In this document: positions 1 to 10,100 of the stretch, piece by piece
Position numbering within the stretch: the stretch's first letter is position 1
Layout of the letters: the number at the start of each line of letters is the position of its first letter
Source: Octopus sinensis
Taxonomy: Eukaryota
Length of the DNA stretch: 64,000 bases
Assembly (NCBI RefSeq): GCF_006345805.1
Contig: NW_021834602.1
Coordinates: 2,692 to 66,691, forward strand
Direction: 5' to 3'
Translations under genes and position numbers: made by a program
Notes under the pieces: model-generated
The model's database searches: none
What the model saw: only the letters and a program-made list of their open reading frames with translations
What the model was told of the DNA's origin: nothing

Positions 1-407
1 AGGACCATTTAAGGCGAATTCAAAATATTACATTATATAATTAGGGCTTAGTAAAATAAATTACTTTGCCACATACTGAACTTAGTAGAAATAGCAGCCA
101 AAAAAGATTTTTTTCTTAGCATTTCTACTACTTAAAGAAAATTTCTCTCAGATAATGTTTACTCTAGACAGCTCACGAAGGTTTGGGGGTAAATACAGAA
201 AAATATCACAAGTACATAGATCGTTTGAGTACGTCAACGTTTCAAGATTAGCCAAATAAAATCAGCATTCTTTCGTCAGCTCAAAATTCTAATTGGATTG
301 GAAACACTAAAAAGAAGGAACTTTACCTATCAGCGAACTTGTCGCTTCAGATGAACCAGTCCAACTAAACAGTGTCAACAAATTCAAAATGCGCAGGCGT
401 AAAATTC
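1..407 (-). mobile_element. Inverted copy of HHR element family B (runs off the window start)
   Basis: 1-407 is the reverse complement of 579-988, differing mostly by homopolymer indels. It switches to the direct copy at the shared 'aattc' (403-407). Confidence 0.8.
224..285 (-). ncRNA. Type I hammerhead ribozyme, family B (inverted copy)
   Basis: Reverse complement reads tttgag-CTGACGA-aaga...tctt-GAAA-cg(ttga)cg-TA-ctcaaa, the same as 706-767. Confidence 0.8.
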
Positions 408-1041
408 GCCTTAAATGGTCCTTTTACATACTGAACACTTGATGAAATTGATTAATTAATTAATTTTACCCTCAATTGTTGATATTATAATTCATTTCTC
501 TCGGTTATACTGCCTCGGTTCTCGCGGTTAAAATATAATGTTTGCTAGATAGACCACGTGGGTGGAATGGGGAGTGCAGAATTTTACGCCTGCGCATTTT
601 GAATTTGTTGACACTGTTTAGTTGGACTGGTTCATCTGAAGCGACAAGTTCGCTGATAGGTAAAGTTCCTTCTTTTTAGTGTTTTTCCAAATCCAAATTA
701 AGAAATTTGAGCTGACGAAAGAATGCTGATTTTATTTGGCTAATCTTGAAACGTTGACGTACTCAAACGATCTATGTACTTGTGATATTTTTCTGTATTT
801 ACCCCCAAACCTTCGTGAGCTGTCTAGAGTAAACCTTATCTGAGAGAATTTTCTTTAAGTAGTAGAAATGCTAAGAAAAATCTTTTTGGCTGGCTATTTT
901 CTACTAAGTTTCAGTATGTGGCAAAGTATTTTATTTTACTAAGCCCTAATTAATAATGTAATATTTTGAATTCGCCTTAAATGGTCCTTTTACATACTGA
1001 ACACTTGGTGAAAATGATAATAATTAATTTTACCCTCAATT

Positions 1042-1047
<6 letters not shown>
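403..1047 (+). mobile_element. Non-autonomous HHR-bearing retroelement, family B (~566-bp monomer plus ~80-bp terminal direct repeat)
   Basis: 403-485 is repeated at 969-1047. It contains an HHR at 706-767, ends in (TA)n, and shares blocks with the 600-bp array unit. Confidence 0.7.
706..767 (+). ncRNA. Type I hammerhead ribozyme, family B
   Basis: Stem I tttgag(706-711)/ctcaaa(762-767), CTGACGA 712-718, stem II aaga...tctt, GAAA 748-751, stem III cg-ttga-cg, GUA triplet 759-761. Confidence 0.82.
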
Positions 1048-1076
<29 letters not shown>

Positions 1077-1265
1077 ATATATATATATATAATATATTAT
1101 ATATATATATACCGGTATAAGCACATAAATGTGAAGCAAGGTGGAAAAAGGAGTACTCAATACCCTTCGTCGGACAGTTTTGTAAAAATAACAAAACTGT
1201 CCGACGAACGGGAACTTGAAACTCTGAGTAACAACTTTTGTTATATCTCTGCTGCTTTTATAAAG

Positions 1266-1310
<45 letters not shown>

Positions 1311-1393
1311 TATATATATATATATATGCGTGTGTGTGTGTGGTTGTGTGTGTGTGTGTTATGTATACACGCATATGCCCACACAGACATATA

Positions 1394-1435
<42 letters not shown>

Positions 1436-1437
1436 TG
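1048..1437. repeat. (TA)n/(TG)n microsatellite block with short unique spacers
   Basis: Direct inspection. Confidence 0.95.
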
Positions 1438-1446
1438 CTACCTGGA

Positions 1447-1817
1447 TATGGCTGTTCGACCTTGCTACCATTTTTAACTCCAGAAAGAGCCACCTCCAAC
1501 TGGTTATAGATGCAATCTGTGCCCAGTATATATTGCATGCTGGGGAGCGCACCCCTATCATCTAGCAGACGACGGGATTACAAGACCGAACGGTTTCGGA
1601 CTACTTGTGTCCATCGTCAGTGATGAACACCCAACCACTAGAAATAACAGGAATTCCCTCTAGATCGCAATATATAGAAAACCAAACGACAATCAGTCAC
1701 TGATTGTAGCAGTTAGAAAATCGCATCAATGTGGCTGTTCGATGTTACACGCGTTTCTAACCTCAGGAAGAGCCTCCTCCAGCTGGTTATCGATGCAATC
1801 TGCACCCGGTATGTATT
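1447..1817 (-). mobile_element. Degenerate pLTR-like remnant with HHR core
   Basis: Diverged ~90-bp direct repeat (1447-1535 vs 1730-1817). Minus strand 1584-1620 reads CTGACGA-t-ggac(acaagta)gtcc-GAAA-cc(gttc)gg-TC, but stem I is broken. Confidence 0.45.
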
Positions 1818-1819
1818 GC

Positions 1820-1953
1820 ACAGGCGTGGCTGTGTGGTAAGAAGACAGTTTCCCAGCCACATGATTCTAGATTCAGTCCCACTGCGTGGCACCTTGAGAA
1901 AGTGGTTTTTACTATAGCCTCGGACGGAAACCGAAAGAAGCCAGTCGTATACG
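1820..1953 (+). mobile_element. SINE family A, 5' fragment
   Basis: tRNA-like head (tggctgtgtgg...ttcagtcccactgcgtggcacc) matching the other copies in the window. Confidence 0.75.
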
Positions 1954-2859
1954 TATATATAAATATAAAAAAATGGAACAAAACGCAATAGAAGATAAAA
2001 CATCCGGACAGATAGACGATACAAAGGTGGACAGGAAAACGACAATTAGAGGGAGAGGAAAAAAAGGACGGATCATTCGTGGCTTTCCTCCGTCAGTCAA
2101 ATTACCAGATGTCTTTACAGTTTCGAGCAGTTATACTTGAAACTGTTCGATCTGGTTGCCCCCCCCCCATAAAAAAAGTCCAAGCTAAGAGCATGGGATA
2201 TTTTTGTAATAAAGCAAGCTAATGTGTACGACAATAAAGACAACAAACGGAGAACATGTTACACAATTACAAATACAAACAACAAGAATATAACGACAGG
2301 TGTCTTTCGACTGAGGACGAGTCAAATTGAGTTGGCGTGTATAAAGTGAAAGATGTGGGCGGTCGGCAGCCAGACCAAGAACGATCATGGCTGGCCGAAC
2401 ACCGGTCACGTAGAAGAAGAGAGGTGTAGGGGGCAGCTGGATTGAAAGATTAGAAAAAAATCAAAGAGACAAAGAGAAAGTTACAGAGGAGATAAACGAG
2501 GAGGCAAAGTAGGAGTTAAAGAAAGAGAGGGCCAAGAATTGTGAGAAAGAGAGGGGGAGCGAGAAAAAGAAAAGAGGTAGAAAGTATGAGAGGAACTACA
2601 TGAAAAGGGTAAAAGAGTCGTGCAAAATTTTGAAACATACTTATTATAAGGTGAGCAAAAGTCGACGTACGTCGCTATTTATAAATGTTCGTTATACATA
2701 ATAATAAGGTACACATGCCCATATATGTACAATGATAATTGTAACATCATCTTATATTTACAGACATATATTATACATTGTACATATTCCACCAATTTAT
2801 CTAACTTCCCCAGCTTAAATCTACCCCTTCTCTTTCCTTCCCCCCTCAGTCATTTGTGC

Positions 2860-2867
2860 TATGTATG

Positions 2868-2905
<38 letters not shown>

Positions 2906-2916
2906 CATACATACAT

Positions 2917-2982
<66 letters not shown>

Positions 2983-3444
2983 ATACACATACATATATAT
3001 ATATATACATATACATATATATATACACATTATATACATACATATATATATATATATATAAAAGCACGATAGATAGATAGACAAATAGATAAAAATGTAG
3101 ATATATATGGGTGTGCATGTATGTAAGTGTATATCTATGTGTATAAATATTTTAATATATTTTCATATATACATATATATGTGCACACATATATATACAC
3201 ACACCTCTATACACATATATACATGCATGCACACGCACATCATACACATGCGTCTATACGTGTGGGAGTATGCATGAATATATATATATTTATGTATGTA
3301 TATTACATATATATGCAAATCTTTATACATATATATACGTACATATATATATATATATATATATACCTTTACATATTTATATATATATATATGTGTGTGT
3401 GTGTATTTACATATACATATATATGTAATTATATACATTAGTTT

Positions 3445-3508
<64 letters not shown>

Positions 3509-3605
3509 ATAGATAAATGCTATCTTATAAATATATATATTATATAGAAAAAGATCTATAAATGCTACCATCTACCTACACACACACACACACACACACA
3601 CACAC
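2860..3605. repeat. (TA)n, (GATA)n and (CA)n microsatellites
   Basis: Direct inspection. Confidence 0.95.
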
Positions 3606-4109
3606 TTTCTCACATTTGTAAATAAACACCCATTCATATTTACGCACACTTATATATATTTGTTGAAGGACATATAGATATACATACATAAACGCAGTTG
3701 CCGTCCGTTTTAGCAGCAAATCAAAATGCTTTTGTCGTCTGAACCTCTCGTTGATTGGTCAGGACATATCCTCACATGAATCATTCACTTCTTCATGCTA
3801 TTTCGGTTGTCGGACATATTTTTGCAGCACGTCTATCTTCCTGAACAAACGAAACAATGTCAACAAACGAGAAATAGATTGTGGATAGTAAAATTAAAAA
3901 TGACTCCATTTTCTTGTCTTCCTACAGCGACAAATATTGTAAAAGCTACTGCAATCATATATCACCATAAATGCCATACTTTTTCTCATATATATACACT
4001 ATATATATATATATATATCTTGTGGCTTTCACGTTATTTATATTTATTATGTAAAGTTGTATTAATAGTATATATATATATAAATTATATATATATATAT
4101 ATAATTATA

Positions 4110-4150
<41 letters not shown>

Positions 4151-4152
<2 letters not shown>

Positions 4153-7100
4153 TAAGCAATAAGGGTTCAGCAACGAATTGCCTTACCACATACCGAATTT
4201 AGAAATAGCAGTCAAAGGGTTATAGCTATTTCTTCTACTAAAAAGGAGATCTCAGTAAAAACAGCAATGGAAGGCTGACACAAACAGGTAAGAGAGAATG
4301 AATTAACCGCAATCTATCAAACATTTTTAAAGTTATCCACGGACGTACGTTTCGAAATCAAGTTTTAGGAAAGCATAAGAATTAAAATATTAAATATTAA
4401 ATAATTCTATCTTACCGAAACTTCTTTTCTTCAGCGTGGAATACTATAATCATAAATGATTATATATTGAATTTTGAGATACTAGGAGGTACCAACTCAA
4501 CTCAGTATCAGAGCGAGCTAGAATCCTCAACTAGTATCACCGAATTCAAATTTGTGAATGAAACTGTGTCAACAGCCCCTTCCCACCCGCGTGTAGCCAA
4601 AACAAGATGCTGTAGTCATCTACTGAGATAAAATATGGTTATCCGTAATAATGAAGGGGATGAAATTAATTAATTTGGAATAATTATCAATTACACCAAG
4701 TAGTCTTCGGCATGTAAAAGCCTCATTTGAGGAAAATTAAGTAATACTAAGCAATAAGGGTTCAGCAACGAATTGCCTTACCACATACCGAATTTAGAAA
4801 TAGCAGTCAAAGGGTTATAGCTATTTCTTCTACTAAAAAGGGAGATCTCAGTAAAAACAGCAATTGGAAGGCTGACACAAACAGGTAAGAGAGAATGAAT
4901 TAACCGCAATCTATCAAACATTTTTAAGTTATCCACGGACGTACGTTTCGAAATCAAGTTTTAGGAAAGCATAAGAATTAAAATATTAAATATTAAATAA
5001 TTCTATCTTACCGAAACTTCTTTTCTCTTCAGCGTGGAATACTATAATCATAAATGATTATATATTGAATTTTGAGATACTAGGAGGTACCAACTCAACT
5101 CAGTATCAGAGCGAGCTAGAATCCTCAACTAGTATCACCGAATTCAAATTTGTGAATGAAACGATTGTGTCAACAGCCCCTTCCCACCCGCGTGTAGCCA
5201 AAACAAGATGCTGTAGTCATCTACTGAGATAAAATATGGTTATCCGTAATAATGAAGGGTGAAATTAATTAATTTGGAATAATTATCAATTACACCAAGT
5301 AGTCTTCGGCATGTAAAAGCCTCATTTGAGGAAAATTTAAGTAATACTAAGCAATAAGGGTTCAGCAACGAATTGCCTTACCACATACCGAATTTAGAAA
5401 TAGCAGTCAAAGGGTTATAGCTATTTCTTCTACTAAAAAGGGAGATCTCAGTAAAAACAGCAATTGGAAGGCTGACACAAACAGGTAAGAGAGAATGAAT
5501 TAACCGCAATCTATCAAACATTTTTAAAGTTATCCACGGACGTACGTTTCGAAATCAAGTTTTAGGAAAGCATAAGAATTAAAATATTAAATATTAAATA
5601 ATTCTATCTTACCGAAACTTCTTTTCTCTTCAGCGTGGAATACTATAATCATAAATGATTATATATTGAATTTTGAGATACTAGGAGGTACCAACTCAAC
5701 TCAGTATCAGAGCGAGCTAGAATCCTCAACTAGTATCACCGAATTCAAATTTGTGAATGAAACGATTGTGTCAACAGCCCCTTCCCACCCGCGTGTAGCC
5801 AAAACAAGATGCTGTAGTCATCTACTGAGATAAAATATGGTTATCCGTAATAATGAAGGGTGAAATTAATTAATTTGGAATAATTATCAATTACACCAAG
5901 TAGTCTTCGGCATGTAAAAGCCTCATTTGAGGAAAATTTAAGTAATACTAAGCAATAAGGGTTCAGCAACGAATTGCCTTACCACATACCGAATTTAGAA
6001 ATAGCAGTCAAAGGGTTATAGCTATTTCTTCTACTAAAAAGGGAGATCTCAGTAAAAACAGCAATTGGAAGGCTGACACAAACAGGTAAGAGAGAATGAA
6101 TTAACCGCAATCTATCAAACATTTTTAAAGTTATCCACGGACGTACGTTTCGAAATCAAGTTTTAGGAAAGCATAAGAATTAAAATATTAAATATTAAAT
6201 AATTCTATCTTACCGAAACTTCTTTTCTCTTCAGCGTGGAATACTATAATCATAAATGATTATATATTGAATTTTGAGATACTAGGAGGTACCAACTCAA
6301 CTCAGTATCAGAGCGAGCTAGAATCCTCACTAGTATCACCGAATTCAAATTTGTGAATGAAACGATTGTGTCAACAGCCCCTTCCCACCCGCGTGTAGCC
6401 AAAACAAGATGCTGTAGTCATCTACTGAGATAAAATATGGTTATCCGTAATAATGAAGGGTGAAATTAATTAATTTGGAATAATTATCAATTACACCAAG
6501 TAGTCTTCGGCATGTAAAAGCCTCATTTGAGGAAAATTTAAGTAATACTAAGCAATAAGGGTTCAGCAACGAATTGCCTTACCACATACCGAATTTAGAA
6601 ATAGCAGTCAAAGGGTTATAGCTATTTCTTCTACTAAAAAGGAGATCTCAGTAAAAACAGCAATTGGAAGGCTGACACAAAAGGTAAGAGAGAATGAATT
6701 AACCGCAATCTATCAAACATTTTTAAAGTTATCCACGGACGTACGTTTCGAAATCAAGTTTTAGGAAAGCATAAGAATAAAATATTAAATATTAAATAAT
6801 TCTATCTTACCGAAACTTCTTTTCTCTTCAGCGTGGAATACTATAATCATAAATGATTATATATTGAATTTTGAGATACTAGGAGGTACCAACTCAACTC
6901 AGTATCAGAGCGAGCTAGAATCCTCAACTAGTATCACCGAATTCAAATTTGTGAATGAACGATTGTGTCACAGCCCCTTCCCCCCGCGTGTAGCCAAAAC
7001 AAGATGCTGTAGTCATCTACTGAGATAAAATATGGTTATCCGTAATAATGAAGGGTGAAATTAATTAATTTGGAATAATTATCAATTACACCAAGTAGTC

Positions 7101-10100
7101 TTCGGCATGTAAAAGCCTCATTTGAGGAAAATTTAAGTAATACTAAGCAATAAGGGTTCAGCAACGAATTGCCTTACCACATACCGAATTTAGAAATAGC
7201 AGTCAAAGGGTTATAGCTATTTCTTCTACTAAAAAGGGAGATCTCAGTAAAAACAGCAATTGGAAGGCTGACACAAACAGGTAAGAGAGAATGAATTAAC
7301 CGCAATCTATCAAACATTTTTAAAGTTATCCACGGACGTACGTTTCGAAATCAAGTTTTAGGAAAGCATAAGAATTAAAATATTAAATATTAAATAATTC
7401 TATCTTACCGAAACTTCTTTTCTCTTCAGTGGAATACTATAATCATAAATGATTATATATTGAATTTTGAGATACTAGGAGGTACCAACTCAACTCAGTA
7501 TCAGAGCGAGCTAGAATCCTCAACTAGTATCACCGAATTCAAATTTGTGAATGAAACGATTGTGTCAACAGCCCCTTCCCACCCGCGTGTAGCCAAAACA
7601 AGATGCTGTAGTCATCTACTGAGATAAAATATGGTTATCCGTAATAATGAAGGGTGAAATTAATTAATTTGGAATAATTATCAATTACACCAAGTAGTCT
7701 TCGGCATGTAAAAGCCTCATTTGAGGAAAATTTAAGTAATACTAAGCAATAAGGGTTCAGCAACGAATTGCCTTACCACATACCGAATTTAGAAATAGCA
7801 GTCAAAGGGTTATAGCTATTTCTTCTACTAAAAAGGGAGATCTCAGTAAAAACAGCAATTGGAAGGCTGACACAAACAGGTAAGAGAGAATGAATTAACC
7901 GCAATCTATCAAACATTTTTAAAGTTATCCACGGACGTACGTTTCGAAATCAAGTTTTAGGAAAGCATAAGAATTAAAATATTAAATATTAAATAATTCT
8001 ATCTTACCGAAACTTCTTTCTCTTCAGCGTGGAATACTATAATCATAAATGATTATATATGAATTTTGAGATACTAGGAGGTACCAACTCAACTCAGTAT
8101 CAGAGCGAGCTAGAATCCTCAACTAGTATCACCGAATTCAAATTTGTGAATGAAACGATTGTGTCAACAGCCCCTTCCCACCCGCGTGTAGCCAAAACAA
8201 GATGCTGTAGTCATCTACTGAGATAAAATATGGTTATCCGTAATAATGAAGGGTGAAATTAATTAATTTGGAATAATTATCAATTACACCAAGTAGTCTT
8301 CGGCATGTAAAAGCCTCATTTGAGGAAAATTTAAGTAATACTAAGCAATAAGGGTTCAGCAACGAATTGCCTTACCACATACCGAATTTAGAAATAGCAG
8401 TCAAAAGGTTATAGCTATTTCTTCTACTAAAAAGGGAGATCTCAGTAAAAACAGCAATTGGAAGGCTGACACAAACAGGTAAGAGAGAATGAATTAACCG
8501 CAATCTATCAAACATTTTTAAAGTTATCCACGGACGTACGTTTCGAAATCAAGTTTTAGGAAAGCATAAGAATTAAAATATTAAATATTAAATAATTCTA
8601 TCTTACCGAAACTTCTTTTCTCTTCAGCGTGGAATACTATAATCATAAATGATTATATATTGAATTTTGAGATACTAGGAGGTACCAACTCAACTCAGTA
8701 TCAGAGCGAGCTAGAATCCTCAACTAGTATCACCGAATTCAAATTTGTGAATGAAACGATTGTGTCAACAGCCCCTTCCCACCCGCGTGTAGCCAAAACA
8801 AGATGCTGTGTAGTCATCTACTGAGATAAAATATGGTTTTCCGTAATAATGAAGTCTAATTTTCTCATTATATATGCGTGATGAAAAGTAAGTATTATTA
8901 CGTGGGAGATGTATTGTGTTGAGGGTGAAATATCCTTGTTACCACAGTTTTCGAGTTTGAATCAAGTTTTGTGTAAATATATTGAAATTTCTCTTGAATT
9001 TGATCTTCACGTTGTGTAATATGAGGGAGTATTGTTTGAGCGTGTAGTCAATGTGATTAAGTTGTGTGAATGAATGGTGTTCAACAGTGTAGAAATGTGA
9101 ATGCTAGTTAGTCATTTGGTAATAATGAAGGGTGAAATTAATTAATTGGAATAATTATCAATTACACCAAGTAGTCTTCGGCATGTAAAAGCCTCATTTG
9201 AGGAAAATTTAAGTAATACTAAGCAATAAGGGTTCAGCAACGAATTGCCTTACCACATACCGAATTTAGAAATAGCAGTCAAAGGTTATAGCTATTTCTT
9301 CTACTAAAAAGGGAGATCTCAGTAAAAACAGCAATTGGAAGGCTGACACAAACAGGTAAGAGAGAATGAATTAACCGCAATCTATCAAACATTTTTAAAG
9401 TTATCCACGGACGTACGTTTCGAAATCAAGTTTTAGGAAAGCATAAGAATTAAAATATTAAATATTAAATAATTCTATCTTACCGAAACTTCTTTCTCTT
9501 CAGCGTGGAATACTATAATCATAAATGATTATATATTGAATTTTGAGATACTAGGAGGTACCAACTCAACTCAGTATCAGAGCGAGCTAGAATCCTCAAC
9601 TAGTATCACCGAATTCAAATTTGTGAATGAAACGATTGTGTCAACAGCCCCTTCCCACCCGCGTGTAGCCAAAACAAGATGCTGTAGTCATCTACTGAGA
9701 TAAAATATGGTTATCCGTAATAATGAAGGGTGAAATTAATTAATTTGGAATAATTATCAATTACACCAAGTAGTCTTCGGCATGTAAAAGCCTCATTTGA
9801 GGAAAATTTAAGTAATACTAAGCAATAAGGGTTCAGCAACGAATTGCCTTACCACATACCGAATTTAGAAATAGCAGTCAAAGGGTTATAGCTATTTCTT
9901 CTACTAAAAAGGGAGATCTCAGTAAAAACAGCAATTGGAAGGCTGACACAACAGGTAAGAGAGATGAATTAACCGCAATCTATCAAACATTTTTAAAGTT
10001 ATCCACGGACGTACGTTTCGAAATCAAGTTTTAGGAAAGCATAAGAATTAAAATATTAAATATTAAATAATTCTATCTTACCGAAACTTCTTTTCTCTTC

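Noticed and set aside
2310-2390. CTGAGGA...GAAA on the plus strand
   Set aside because: The flanking helices do not pair.
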